This document shows, one piece after another, positions 25,153-33,847 of a stretch of DNA of 38,346 nt (within the stretch, counting starts at the first letter, position 1; every line of letters starts with the position of its first letter). This DNA is from a virus. The notes under the pieces are model-generated. The model did not search any database, had not been told where the DNA came from, and worked only from the letters and a program-made list of their open reading frames with translations. Location: positions 1-38,346 of IMG/VR virus record IMGVR_UViG_3300045988_086125; one strand, written 5' to 3'. The position numbers were made by a program, and so were the translations under genes.

Positions 25153-25659
25153 TTAATCCTCCTCGACTTGTTCAGCAGCGCGCCATAAATCCATAGGGCT
25201 CAAGTTGGCGCATAGATCACTTTGTGCGATTTCATCGATTTCGTCAGCCGTGAACGTTGATTTTTGGTTACTCATCTTGGCAATTTTTAGCGATGTTACA
25301 CTCCACAAATCCGTGCCTTCTACACGTGTCAGATAGCCGTAGTCGGTGTTTAGTAGCCTGATATAAAATTTCGGTTCGAATTGCTTGTTGAAATACTCGT
25401 ACAGCTGACTGTTAATGTCACGCAGCACTATACGATCAGTCTTGTTGTTTCGTGCTGTATCAAAATCAACCGAGAATCGACCCGGATTATCACCTTCATA
25501 AACGAACAAATCTGATACTAGCTCTTCGCTCGGCTGGTCATGCAGCAACAGCCGAAATAAAAATCCATTTTGTAAGTTTGCATTTGTAATGCTATAGGTA
25601 TAATGCAGTGTTCCGATTGCGTTCTCAGCGATTTCACTTAATTTTTCTTTAGTCAACAT
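25153..25659 (-). CDS. hypothetical early protein (DUF1642-like by pattern)
   Basis: 168-aa ORF downstream of rusA. The family assignment is from memory only. Confidence 0.5.
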   Translation of the reverse strand: MLTKEKLSEIAENAIGTLHYTYSITNANLQNGFLFRLLLHDQPSEELVSDLFVYEGDNPGRFSVDFDTARNNKTDRIVLRDINSQLYEYFNKQFEPKFYIRLLNTDYGYLTRVEGTDLWSVTSLKIAKMSNQKSTFTADEIDEIAQSDLCANLSPMDLWRAAEQVEED

Positions 25660-26071
25660 TTGTCATACTCCTAACTTCTATCTCGATTCTTGGTTGCTCC
25701 ATATAACGTTTTTCGGCAACCAGTTTCACGATTGCGTTGTCGTCTTTCCATAGAACGCCCGTGAGCGCGTCCAAAGCGCTTTTGATGTAATTATCCAAGT
25801 CCGGCTTCACTGTTGGTCTATGGCGTCCTAACAGCCTTAATTTGCGCTCTTTTTTGCTTATCGACTTCTGAACCGCTCGGCCAAAGATAACTGTTACTTC
25901 AAGCTCGCCATCTAGCGGCTTGTCGTGATAGCTTTCCTTTGCCAACTTGTGCAGCTTGCGCTTAAACGTGGCAGTTTTAGGCGGGTCATACAGCCGAATT
26001 CCCTTGCCGAACCTTCTTGCTCGTGGCCTAGCCTGTGCCACCGGTTCGATCGGTAAGATCAGTTTGATCAT
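25649..26071 (-). CDS. rusA: RusA-family Holliday junction resolvase
   Basis: The ATG at 26071 gives MIKLILPIEPVAQARPRARRFGKGIRLYDP...KPDLDNYIKSALDALTGVLWKDDNAIV. This carries the RusA signature, including the catalytic Asp cluster. Confidence 0.85.
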   Translation of the reverse strand: MIKLILPIEPVAQARPRARRFGKGIRLYDPPKTATFKRKLHKLAKESYHDKPLDGELEVTVIFGRAVQKSISKKERKLRLLGRHRPTVKPDLDNYIKSALDALTGVLWKDDNAIVKLVAEKRYMEQPRIEIEVRSMTNVD

Positions 26072-26214
26072 TGGTAAACATCTAATGAGAAAGCTACCAA
26101 CATGCAAATTGCCATGCTAGCAAAACTTGTTACAACAAGTTTTAAGCCAATTAAGGTGTTAAACCAAAGCATAATAACGACTCCAACAACAATTGATACC
26201 ATTGAAATAATCAT
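26068..26214 (-). CDS. small membrane protein (48 aa, below track cutoff)
   Basis: Hand translation: MIISMVSIVVGVVIMLWFNTLIGLKLVVTSFASMAICMLVAFSLDVYQ. It forms an ATGA overlap with the rusA start. The RBS is weak. Confidence 0.35.
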   Translation of the reverse strand: MIISMVSIVVGVVIMLWFNTLIGLKLVVTSFASMAICMLVAFSLDVYQ

Positions 26215-26251
26215 TAGTGCATAAAAGACTTTCGCTAAAATTTTCAAAATC

Positions 26252-26476
26252 CTATACCCCCATATCGTGCATTAAGCTTGCGTCTACTTCGTTGTTGCTG
26301 TCCCAATGCCCGGAACTTTTCATCACCCGTACGATTGCCGGGTCAATACGCAGCATGCCATCGCCTTCACAGAACGGGCACTTGCGTTCGATTGTGTCCA
26401 GGTAGCCTGAACCTTCACACCAAGCGCAGCATTGCTCAGTGTCTAAGATCATCTTGTCTTTCGTTAGCTTTAACAT
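26252..26476 (-). CDS. small zinc-finger protein (two CxxCxGxG, DnaJ-type)
   Basis: 74 aa containing CAWCEGSG and CPFCEGDG. Confidence 0.6.
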   Translation of the reverse strand: MLKLTKDKMILDTEQCCAWCEGSGYLDTIERKCPFCEGDGMLRIDPAIVRVMKSSGHWDSNNEVDASLMHDMGV

Positions 26477-26487
26477 CTCTTCACCTT

Positions 26488-27315
26488 CTAAATCATGCTT
26501 GCTCGAACGTCTGTCATGCCGTTAAACACCAGTCGGCGCTTTTGATTCCGTGTTATCAGTCTGCTTAATAGCTTCTCGTTATACATTGCTTCAAGCTCTG
26601 CCATCGTGTTGTTTGTTGTTACAATCGTCGCTTGATTGCCGTATCGTGCGTCTGCTACTGCAAACAGTCCCTTTTGCATATCAACTCGGACTTGGCTTTG
26701 TTTGTCAGTCCGCATACCGCCTTCAGTTCCAAAGTCGTCTAATATTAGAACGTCCACCGGCTCAATCTTCAATCGCTTGTCGCCCTTCATATAGGCGTTC
26801 AGTTCATAAAGCCGGTTTTGGGCTTGCTTGTCGTCAAAACGCATTGCATACAGTTCTGCTAGTGCGTCGGTTGAAACAAACATAGCCGTCTTGTTTGAGT
26901 TGTTTCTGATGAAATCAACCATTGCCAACGCTAGGCTTGTCTTGCCAGTGCCTGGCCTTCCTGCTAGATAAACCCGATATGGTTTGCCTTCTGCAATCTC
27001 TTTGGCTAATAAGTACGACTGATTGCCTAAATTGCGGGCTAATTGCTCGTTTGGTTGTTTCTTTGGTTGCCAATCAGCATATGTGAATTTGATTGGCTCA
27101 CCAGTCCATAGCGACTTGTTAAACACTCTGTTAAAGTTGTGCCGTGCATTCTCTTTCCGCCATTCAGCATGCAGCGGTTCAGCTTTCTTTTTCAGATAGT
27201 CAACCGCTGCTTGCTTGTCTGTCAGATCAACGTCTGGCAGTTCCCAACCTTCTTTGGCAAAGATCTTTTTCAAGCTCTTAACGCCTTCTTTGGCGCTATC
27301 TTTTACGCTAAGCAT
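26488..27315 (-). CDS. DnaC/IstB-like AAA+ helicase loader
   Basis: 275 aa. Walker A is GRPGTGKTS and Walker B is VLILDDFG. It lies downstream of the replisome organizer. Confidence 0.8.
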   Translation of the reverse strand: MLSVKDSAKEGVKSLKKIFAKEGWELPDVDLTDKQAAVDYLKKKAEPLHAEWRKENARHNFNRVFNKSLWTGEPIKFTYADWQPKKQPNEQLARNLGNQSYLLAKEIAEGKPYRVYLAGRPGTGKTSLALAMVDFIRNNSNKTAMFVSTDALAELYAMRFDDKQAQNRLYELNAYMKGDKRLKIEPVDVLILDDFGTEGGMRTDKQSQVRVDMQKGLFAVADARYGNQATIVTTNNTMAELEAMYNEKLLSRLITRNQKRRLVFNGMTDVRASMI

Positions 27316-27364
27316 GTTTCACCTCCAGCATTTTTTGCTATTTTTCGGATTTGAAATCCGTAAA

Positions 27365-28171
27365 CTACCAGTATTCGTTGTCCATCTGATACCGTGTCAA
27401 TCCGTTAGGGTCTGGTTGACCAGTCATCGGATTGATCCTTTCGGTATAGTAAGGATCGTTCTTGTCTGGTTGGCCCTTCACTTTCTCGTTTAGATAGTCT
27501 TCAAACTTTGTGCCAAACAGCGTTAACGGCCGTAGATACTTGTTCATTTTGCTGTCTTTCAGCCAAGTAGCAGTTTTCTTGTCGATAACCGTTTTAAAGT
27601 CGTCAACAGTGAATCCTTCTTTAAGCCTTGCTTGAACTAGCTGCTTGGTCTTTGGTGTAGTTGCTTTGTAGTGGCTATCCGTTTTTTCGTTCAGATAGTC
27701 AACGATTGTTTTTACTTTGACAGCTACACCGTCAGGCTCTGCCTGACTATATATCTCTCCTGTACTATTAACTGTATTATTAATACTTGTATTATTCTCT
27801 TTAGCATTTTCTAAATACCCATATTTAGTATTCTTAATAGGTTGTTTAGAATATTTAATACCCCTGTTTAGCTGACTAACTACCCTTATCATTCGCTGCT
27901 TGATTTGTTTTCCTTCTCGTTGATACTGGATTGTGATATATCCTTTATCTTTGAGCTGGTTAACTAGTTGCGATATACGACCTTTGCTCAGACCGAAAAA
28001 GCTAGAAAGATAAGCATTTGAAGCAAAGCAACCTTTATCGTTATCTAAGCTCTTGATTTCAGTTAGTAATGTAACTTCCATAATGCTTAAATTTTCATCT
28101 AACCAAAACTCAGCGGGAATCCAAACGCCTTCAAACTTTCGATCTTGTTTAGTGATTTTTCGTTCCGTCAT
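27365..28171 (-). CDS. replisome organizer / replication initiation protein (N-terminal wHTH, conserved phage C-terminal domain)
   Basis: 268 aa. SKGRISQLVNQLKDKGYI is the HTH. The C-terminal YLNEKTDSHYKATTPKTKQLVQARLKEGFTVDDFKTVIDKKTATWLKD..YLRPLTLFGTKFEDYLNE matches the Phg_2220_C pattern. Confidence 0.85.
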   Translation of the reverse strand: MTERKITKQDRKFEGVWIPAEFWLDENLSIMEVTLLTEIKSLDNDKGCFASNAYLSSFFGLSKGRISQLVNQLKDKGYITIQYQREGKQIKQRMIRVVSQLNRGIKYSKQPIKNTKYGYLENAKENNTSINNTVNSTGEIYSQAEPDGVAVKVKTIVDYLNEKTDSHYKATTPKTKQLVQARLKEGFTVDDFKTVIDKKTATWLKDSKMNKYLRPLTLFGTKFEDYLNEKVKGQPDKNDPYYTERINPMTGQPDPNGLTRYQMDNEYW

Positions 28172-28196
28172 GATAAGTTCCTTCGTTTTCAGTCAT

Positions 28197-28427
28197 TTAG
28201 TGATCTCCAAAAAATTCCTTAAGGTGTTGCTCGTTGTACTTTTCTACATCTACGCCCGCTTTGTTAATTTTCATTTCGGTATAATCAAGGAAGAAACGAA
28301 TTTCATCGATTTCTTCTTGTGTGAGCATAAATCCCATGTTGTCTTTTAGAGTGTGATCGTTTTGCAAACACAACACAGTAAATCCACCAAAGAAGCTGTC
28401 GTCCATAAGTCTGTTAGCCATTGTCAT
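28197..28427 (-). CDS. hypothetical early protein
   Basis: 76-aa ORF. Confidence 0.5.
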   Translation of the reverse strand: MTMANRLMDDSFFGGFTVLCLQNDHTLKDNMGFMLTQEEIDEIRFFLDYTEMKINKAGVDVEKYNEQHLKEFFGDH

Positions 28428-29097
28428 ATACCCCTTTCACGCCGATTCGTTTCAATGTTTCGGCGTTTACTTTCACGCCCAAGTTTGTTAAGCGATATTT
28501 CTTGCAGAATGCTTGATTGCCTATCTGGTGCCATTCCGTATGGTGTACCCGGCAAAGCGCTGATAATCTCGCTTGCGTATGGTCTAGCTTGTTACGATTG
28601 CGACCCATGCCGACCTCATCGATATGGTTGATGTCAGCAGCACGGCCACAGATCAAGCAACGCCGGTGTTGAATGCACTTGAATTGGAAATATGCCTCAT
28701 CTCTAGGTAACAACGGATAGCCGTCGTTGATTGGCACCTGGTAATCGAAAATGAAATCAATCACTAGGTTTATCAGCTCTGTTGCGTCTGATACCGTGCT
28801 AACAGTATCGTTTGCTAGGCTAATCTCCTTGCCAGCCGTCTTGATTGTGTATTGAAGGTAAAAGTATTCCTTCAACCACTCTGCCGGCTCTCCTGACCAT
28901 CTGTGAATATCGCTTAACAGTGCAAAGAATAGTCTTCTCTGACGTGGTCTTGCTTTTCGCCTATCTGGAATTTCGTACTCCACCGGAACACCGCTAACCT
29001 TGCCGTACATTGTTTCGATATGCGACAAGTTAGGCGTTTCGTCCGGTGCAATCCACCACCCGCCCTGCTCCCAGTAGGCTTTACCGCTTCGCAGCAT
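28414..29097 (-). CDS. putative HNH-like nuclease (HNHc_6-type) of the recombination/replication module
   Basis: 227 aa containing CLICGRAADINHIDEVGMGRNRNKLDH...LCRVHHTEWH. Confidence 0.55.
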   Translation of the reverse strand: MLRSGKAYWEQGGWWIAPDETPNLSHIETMYGKVSGVPVEYEIPDRRKARPRQRRLFFALLSDIHRWSGEPAEWLKEYFYLQYTIKTAGKEISLANDTVSTVSDATELINLVIDFIFDYQVPINDGYPLLPRDEAYFQFKCIQHRRCLICGRAADINHIDEVGMGRNRNKLDHTQARLSALCRVHHTEWHQIGNQAFCKKYRLTNLGVKVNAETLKRIGVKGVYDNG

Positions 29098-29540
29098 TAG
29101 AACGGAACATCATCGGCGCTATCGTCAAATGGCAAAGCGCTGTCGAACGTTTGTTGATAGCTATCGTTCTGATAGCCATTGGATTGCTGATAACCGCCTT
29201 GTTGGCTTTGATCGTTGTTCTTCTTGGAATCAAGAAAAGTTACGTTCTCGGCCACTACTTCTGTTACATATACTCGTTGACCTTGATTGTTTTCGTAGTT
29301 GCGGGTTTGGATTCGGCCTTCAATGCCAACCAGTGAACCTTTACCGCAATACTCGCAAAGCAGATCAGCAGTTAAACCCCATGCCTGAATGCCGATGAAA
29401 TCAGTTTCACGATCACCGTTAGCATTCTTTCGCCGGCGATCAACCGCCAATGAGAAGTTGACAACTGAAGTGCCCTTTCCGGTTTCGTGCTTTTCTAAAT
29501 CCTTCGTGATACGACCGGTTAAAGTTACATTGTTAATCAT
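29097..29540 (-). CDS. ssb: single-stranded DNA-binding protein
   Basis: 147 aa. The OB-fold N-terminus is MINNVTLTGRITKD...FIGIQAWG...VGIEGRIQTRNYE. The linker is Gln/Gly-rich and the acidic tail ends DDVPF. Confidence 0.9.
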   Translation of the reverse strand: MINNVTLTGRITKDLEKHETGKGTSVVNFSLAVDRRRKNANGDRETDFIGIQAWGLTADLLCEYCGKGSLVGIEGRIQTRNYENNQGQRVYVTEVVAENVTFLDSKKNNDQSQQGGYQQSNGYQNDSYQQTFDSALPFDDSADDVPF

Positions 29541-30163
29541 TAGTTCTGTTCCCCGCTTTCTAAGAGTGCCTTAACAGCATTTACATAATCCTGACTGCTA
29601 TGTTCACCTTCGCCGAGAGTGCCCTTTACAAGCTCCTCAGCCCGCTTTGAATCTCCATTAAGCCGATTAATCAACTCAAGCATTAACTGCCTGTATTCGG
29701 CTTGTAATGGGTTTTGTTGGCGTTGTTGTTGTGGCGCTTGTTGTCGCTGCTTGTTATATCGTTGCTGTGGGCGGCTAGCAGCATTGCCGTCATCGTCTTT
29801 ATCGCCGACAACCCCGAACAACGCCATTAACTGATAGCGTTTTGCGTAGGTGATAGCTGAACCTTGACCTTGTGGGTCGTTCTTGGTAGGCCGTAAGATC
29901 AGCGGGTCTGTAACGATTCGCTGACCGCTCGAGTGCATTACCATTGTTTTAACCGCTGAATTGCCTTCAACCGTGTAAACCAATTGGATATAAGACAAGC
30001 CTGTATCTTTCAAAGCTTGGTCAATAGCAGCTTCAACGCCTTTTAAAGTAAGATAATCGTTCTTAAAAAATGGGTTTTTTGCGTCTAACTCAGGTTGTTT
30101 AAGCTGTTGCCGGAGCAAAGCCATTCCCGCAGCCAACTTATCAATGCTTTCTGTGATTTCCAT
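29540..30163 (-). CDS. ERF-family single-strand annealing recombinase
   Basis: 207 aa containing KNPFFKNDYLTLKGV...QGSAITYAKRYQLMALFGVVGDKDDDG. Confidence 0.85.
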   Translation of the reverse strand: MEITESIDKLAAGMALLRQQLKQPELDAKNPFFKNDYLTLKGVEAAIDQALKDTGLSYIQLVYTVEGNSAVKTMVMHSSGQRIVTDPLILRPTKNDPQGQGSAITYAKRYQLMALFGVVGDKDDDGNAASRPQQRYNKQRQQAPQQQRQQNPLQAEYRQLMLELINRLNGDSKRAEELVKGTLGEGEHSSQDYVNAVKALLESGEQN

Positions 30164-30248
30164 TACTGTTCCCTCTTTTGCATCTTTGTAGCTTGATTCG
30201 ACGAATCCAATTTTGGATCGGTTAAGATATCGTCGATATAGTAGCCTT

Positions 30249-30386
30249 TTACCGGTCAGCTTGCTTCTTTGCAGGCTGGTCTTTTTTAAATCTAATTTGT
30301 TTCATCTGACTGCATTGCTTCGGCTTCTGGCAGTATGTGCTTTCTAAATGCCGAAATGCTCGTAATCCTTTCTTCATGTTTTCCAT
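30249..30386 (-). CDS. small basic hypothetical protein (45 aa, below track cutoff)
   Basis: Hand translation: MENMKKGLRAFRHLESTYCQKPKQCSQMKQIRFKKDQPAKKQADR. It forms a TAATG overlap with the upstream stop. Confidence 0.3.
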   Translation of the reverse strand: MENMKKGLRAFRHLESTYCQKPKQCSQMKQIRFKKDQPAKKQADR

Positions 30387-30886
30387 TACTTAATGACTCC
30401 CTTATAGTTCGTTGCTAGATAAGCACCAGGAACTTCCTTGCCATCTTTGATTGCCTTCTTGATTTCTGCCTTAACGGGCTTGCGGTCAACTTTGACCGTT
30501 TCTTTCCAATAGTCAGCCGGAATCAAACTTTCATCGCTAAATTCGACTGTTTGCGACTTGCGCTTGCTATATACATGCTTATCGGTGCGGACCTTTGCCG
30601 AACCAGAATTAGCGACGATATAGCCAACGTATTCTTGCAAGCGGTCAATACGGGCTTTTGCCTTGTCCCGTTCCTTTTTGATTTCAGCCATCTTTTCCAG
30701 CTCATGGTTGTAGATAGCTAAATCTTTTTCGGTGTCGTTAATCAGCCAGGCAATAGCGTCCAGCTTGTCGGCCAGTTCGAGCTGCAAGGCGTCGATAGTG
30801 TCCGTGTAGGACTGCTTATCGATTTCACCTTCGGCCCGTTTCTGGTCGATAGTGGCAATCGCCGTGATGATTTCAGCAGTGTTCAT
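30386..30886 (-). CDS. Siphovirus Gp157-family protein
   Basis: The ATG at 30886 follows an AGGAGG RBS. The product is MNTAEIITAIATIDQKR...coiled coil...LIPADYWKETVKVDRKPVKAEIKKAIKDGKEVPGAYL. Confidence 0.7.
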   Translation of the reverse strand: MNTAEIITAIATIDQKRAEGEIDKQSYTDTIDALQLELADKLDAIAWLINDTEKDLAIYNHELEKMAEIKKERDKAKARIDRLQEYVGYIVANSGSAKVRTDKHVYSKRKSQTVEFSDESLIPADYWKETVKVDRKPVKAEIKKAIKDGKEVPGAYLATNYKGVIK

Positions 30887-30896
30887 TCGTTTCCTC

Positions 30897-31025
30897 CTAA
30901 TCGTGTTTCGGATCGTCTTCCGGTTCGACTTCCAGATAGTTGTCAATTAGTGCGTCTTGGTAGCCTTCCTCATAGCCAGACTGCCAAGCTTTGACTAAAT
31001 CGGCTTTCGTATACGTTTCTTTCAT
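30897..31025 (-). CDS. small acidic hypothetical protein (42 aa, below track cutoff)
   Basis: Hand translation: MKETYTKADLVKAWQSGYEEGYQDALIDNYLEVEPEDDPKHD. There is an AAGGTGA RBS. Confidence 0.45.
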   Translation of the reverse strand: MKETYTKADLVKAWQSGYEEGYQDALIDNYLEVEPEDDPKHD

Positions 31026-31061
31026 GCTATAATCACCTTGAATTTTGTTTTTTTATCGGCA

Positions 31062-31232
31062 TTACCGGCGATCGGTAGTGCCTTTTTTTGTCGTTGAAAC
31101 AGTGATCTGCCATGCGAACATGACAATCCAGATCAAAGCGATCCAGTTTGCCCAGATTACATGGTTAGTCATTTCAGCGTAGGTAAAGCCAACGCCTAGT
31201 GCTGTCCAGATACTAGCTCTTAAAATTCCCAT
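31062..31232 (-). CDS. small 2-TM membrane protein (56 aa, below track cutoff)
   Basis: Hand translation: MGILRASIWTALGVGFTYAEMTNHVIWANWIALIWIVMFAWQITVSTTKKGTTDRR. There is a GAGGTG RBS. Confidence 0.45.
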   Translation of the reverse strand: MGILRASIWTALGVGFTYAEMTNHVIWANWIALIWIVMFAWQITVSTTKKGTTDRR

Positions 31233-31353
31233 GTTTTGCACCTCGTTTCAGTCCTGCTTGACGTTCAAGCCTATCAACCTTGTTTGTTAGGTCTACTAGT
31301 CCAATGAAGAGAACCATTACAAGCAGGCCTAACAAAACAACTGCTACTGCCAT
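31213..31353 (-). CDS. small 1-TM membrane protein (46 aa)
   Basis: The internal ATG at 31353 follows a GGGGGTGAACAA RBS. The product is MAVAVVLLGLLVMVLFIGLVDLTNKVDRLERQAGLKRGAKHGNFKS. Confidence 0.45.
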   Translation of the reverse strand: MAVAVVLLGLLVMVLFIGLVDLTNKVDRLERQAGLKRGAKHGNFKS

Positions 31354-31357
31354 TTGT

Positions 31358-31669
31358 TCACCCCCAATTGAATTCGCGGTAGTGGTCGTTGACCCAAAGA
31401 CTAGCGTCGTAGGCGTAGATAATAGTTTTACGCCCTGTGCCAGGGAATGGATCGACGACAAAGCCGCCATTTTCGATATAAATCTCTGGGTAACGATCAA
31501 AGATTTCGCGCTTGACCCATGCCCGACCTTTGCCGCCTAAGCATTGTTTGCGGAACTCTTCGATGTCCCACGTTTTGCCTTTTAACGTTTCTTCTGGGAC
31601 TAGCCCCAGTTTCTTAATCGATTGCTTGACGGACTGTTCAATCAGTTCATCATCAATCGCAATTTGCAT
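31358..31669 (-). CDS. DUF771-like protein (excisionase-like family by pattern)
   Basis: 103 aa containing GKTWDIEEFRKQC...WVKREIFDRYPEIYIENGGFVVDPFPGTGRKTIIYAYDASLWVNDHY. The family assignment is from memory. Confidence 0.5.
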   Translation of the reverse strand: MQIAIDDELIEQSVKQSIKKLGLVPEETLKGKTWDIEEFRKQCLGGKGRAWVKREIFDRYPEIYIENGGFVVDPFPGTGRKTIIYAYDASLWVNDHYREFNWG

Positions 31670-31680
31670 TTGATCACCTC

Positions 31681-31836
31681 CTAGAAATAAAGCACTTCGG
31701 CTTGCTCTGATTCTCTGTTCTCGTCTTTGACATACGAAACAGAAATGAAATCCAAGTCTGCAAGCAGCACGTCAACTCGCAGCTCAAAGTCTGCTTCAGT
31801 TTCGCCTTCTAGGCGCTCGATAATTTTCTTATTCAT
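31681..31836 (-). CDS. small acidic hypothetical protein (51 aa, below track cutoff)
   Basis: Hand translation: MNKKIIERLEGETEADFELRVDVLLADLDFISVSYVKDENRESEQAEVLYF. There is a GGAGGA RBS. Confidence 0.45.
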   Translation of the reverse strand: MNKKIIERLEGETEADFELRVDVLLADLDFISVSYVKDENRESEQAEVLYF

Positions 31837-31838
31837 GA

Positions 31839-32315
31839 TTAATCCTCCGATAAAATGCTGTTTGGTTCGTAACGCTTTTTGTTCCCGTTGCTATCAATCG
31901 TATAAATTGGAATGTTGTTTTCCCGTGCAAATCTTTCAATGACGCTTTCACCAGTTCGGCGTTTGTGCCAATCACTAATAACGTTCATCGCCTTAACTGC
32001 TGCAAATAAAGCGTCGTGGTTTAAGTAGTCGAGCATGAACTCAAAGCCGCTACTGATTTTTTTGTCCCACCCGATTTCTTCTTCGATATACTTAACTACT
32101 GAAAAATAATCTTTGCAGCCCCACTTTTGACCGTCGTAGGTCTTTTCAATCGGAAACACTTGATCAAATAGGCGTGGGGTTAATGCCCCGACGGTTTCAT
32201 CTAATGCACTTACCCAATTTACACGTTCTTTCCAACGCATTTCGTCAACGAAAATTGCCTCTTTTACAAGCCGATATAAAATAACCTGATTTCGAATATC
32301 TTGACTGCTACGCAT
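31839..32315 (-). CDS. hypothetical early protein
   Basis: 158-aa ORF downstream of the antirepressor. Confidence 0.55.
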   Translation of the reverse strand: MRSSQDIRNQVILYRLVKEAIFVDEMRWKERVNWVSALDETVGALTPRLFDQVFPIEKTYDGQKWGCKDYFSVVKYIEEEIGWDKKISSGFEFMLDYLNHDALFAAVKAMNVISDWHKRRTGESVIERFARENNIPIYTIDSNGNKKRYEPNSILSED

Positions 32316-32326
32316 ATTCTGGCCTC

Positions 32327-33115
32327 CTATGCAATCTTGATGAATTTGTTGACAAAATAAATTTGGCCCTTGCCTGTTACCTTTGTTGTCTTGGTGATCT
32401 TTACGCTTCCATCACCAGAAACATGAGTGCCCTCTTTAATCTTGAACAACCCCATCTTCATTGCTCGTTGTGTTGGCGTGTTATAGTCAGTGCCTTTACG
32501 GCCGATTAAATAACCGTTTGCCCGCAGCCACTTGAACAGGTTGTTCGGACCCATTGCATAGGTCTTACCGTCAATCACTAACGTACTGATTCCATTTTGC
32601 TTCAGAATCTTCGCTAGTTCACCGATCAAAATTGGTGTTTCGCTTACAGAAACCGCGTCGGCGAAAATCGCCTTTGGTTTCATCTTTTCGTTGTCCGCAG
32701 CAAGCAGATTGTTTTGCTTGTGCAAGTCTTTGTTTTCGATTGTTAGTTTCAAGTTTTGGTTTTGCAGGTAGGCATAACCCCGCTTGATAACTTCTTGTGG
32801 GTCATTCCACCGGCGTTCGATTTCGATAAAGTATTTACGATAAGTTTTTCCAAGCTGTGAGTGTGTCATCATACATAACTCTTTGGCCATGTCAATAGTG
32901 ATGTCATAGTCTTGAATTGGCTTTGTACCGCCGTTTGGCATGAGCGTAACTCCAGTTACACTCATAAAATCTTCGTCTTCAACGAAATCTCTAAAGTTCT
33001 GATCAACCCATTTGCTAAAACGGGTAGTTACGTTTAGTTTCTCGTGCAGTTCGCGGGCCGTAATAAGTTGCCGTCCGTTTTCTTCTTTGACGTTGATTGC
33101 TGGAACATTTTCCAT
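32327..33115 (-). CDS. phage antirepressor (ORF6N/AntA-like N-terminus, KilAC-like C-terminus)
   Basis: 262 aa containing GRQLITARELHEKLNVTTRFSKWVDQNF and ILIGELAKILKQNGI...LFKWLRANGYLI...PTQRAMKMGLFKIKE...VTGKGQIYF. Confidence 0.8.
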   Translation of the reverse strand: MENVPAINVKEENGRQLITARELHEKLNVTTRFSKWVDQNFRDFVEDEDFMSVTGVTLMPNGGTKPIQDYDITIDMAKELCMMTHSQLGKTYRKYFIEIERRWNDPQEVIKRGYAYLQNQNLKLTIENKDLHKQNNLLAADNEKMKPKAIFADAVSVSETPILIGELAKILKQNGISTLVIDGKTYAMGPNNLFKWLRANGYLIGRKGTDYNTPTQRAMKMGLFKIKEGTHVSGDGSVKITKTTKVTGKGQIYFVNKFIKIA

Positions 33116-33142
33116 AAAACACTCACTTTCTAGCTATTTTAG

Positions 33143-33358
33143 CTAACTCTTCTTCAAAAAAATATCCAACGAAACACCTAACGCAATGCTTGCTCGCACT
33201 GCGATATCAGTTGACATCTTCCGACTGCCATTAACAATTTGGCTTAAATAAGCTGGTGTGATGCCAATTTGTTCAGCCACATAGCCTTGCTTTAAACCAC
33301 GTTTTTTAATTTCTTGGTTCAAAACATCGCCGGCGTTGTGCCGAATGATTTCTGGCAT
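33143..33358 (-). CDS. Cro-like XRE-family HTH regulator
   Basis: 71 aa. The HTH is LKQGYVAEQIGITPAYLSQIVNG. It is the first gene of the rightward (minus-strand) early operon, divergent from the repressor. Confidence 0.7.
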   Translation of the reverse strand: MPEIIRHNAGDVLNQEIKKRGLKQGYVAEQIGITPAYLSQIVNGSRKMSTDIAVRASIALGVSLDIFLKKS

Positions 33359-33372
33359 TAGATCATCTCCTC

Positions 33373-33420
33373 GCTGTTTTGTTTAACTTTACGGTTACTA
33401 TAATGCATAAACAAAACAGC
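33373..33420. promoter_or_regulatory. genetic-switch operator: 13-bp perfect inverted repeat GCTGTTTTGTTTA / TAAACAAAACAGC flanking a TATAAT
   Basis: The arms are at 33373..33385 and 33408..33420, with a 22-nt spacer containing TATAAT (33399..33404). On the minus strand a TTGACT -35 (33428..33423) and CATTAT -10 (33405..33400, 17-nt spacer) form a cro-side promoter overlapping the right arm. Confidence 0.55.
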
Positions 33421-33512
33421 TAAGTCAATACCAAAGTTAAATTTTTTATATAATCTTTTCAAAAAAAGCGTTTAAATTTGATATTATATAGTAAAAACAG
33501 GTGGTGAATATA

Positions 33513-33845
33513 ATGTCGGAATTCAGCGAACGTTTAACTAACCTTCGTGAAAATAAAGGTTGGTCTAAAACTTATGTAGCTAAAACTATCGGGCTATCTA
33601 GCATGCAAACTTACGCTAACTGGGAATATGGACGCACTGAGCCAGACTTTGATAACGTTTCACGTTTAGCTGACTTATTTAATGTAACGACCGACTATTT
33701 GTTGGGGCACAAAGAACCCAAAAATAAGATCACCATTCAGCAAGCGATGGACACTATCATGTCAGCAGACGGAAAAGAACCGACTGAACATGATAGAAAA
33801 TTAATTGAAAGTATTATAAAGGCATACTTAGACAGCCGGGACTAG
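33513..33845 (+). CDS. CI-like XRE-family repressor
   Basis: The ATG at 33513 follows an AGGTGGTGA RBS. The HTH is WSKTYVAKTIGLSSMQTYANWEYGRTEP. An ImmA-like protease gene follows. Confidence 0.8.
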   Translation: MSEFSERLTNLRENKGWSKTYVAKTIGLSSMQTYANWEYGRTEPDFDNVSRLADLFNVTTDYLLGHKEPKNKITIQQAMDTIMSADGKEPTEHDRKLIESIIKAYLDSRD

Positions 33846-33847
33846 AT

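Noticed and set aside
31354-31500. Long form of ORF 31213..31500
   Set aside because: The upstream half overlaps the DUF771-like gene in another frame. The internal ATG with an RBS gives a sensible 46-aa TM protein.
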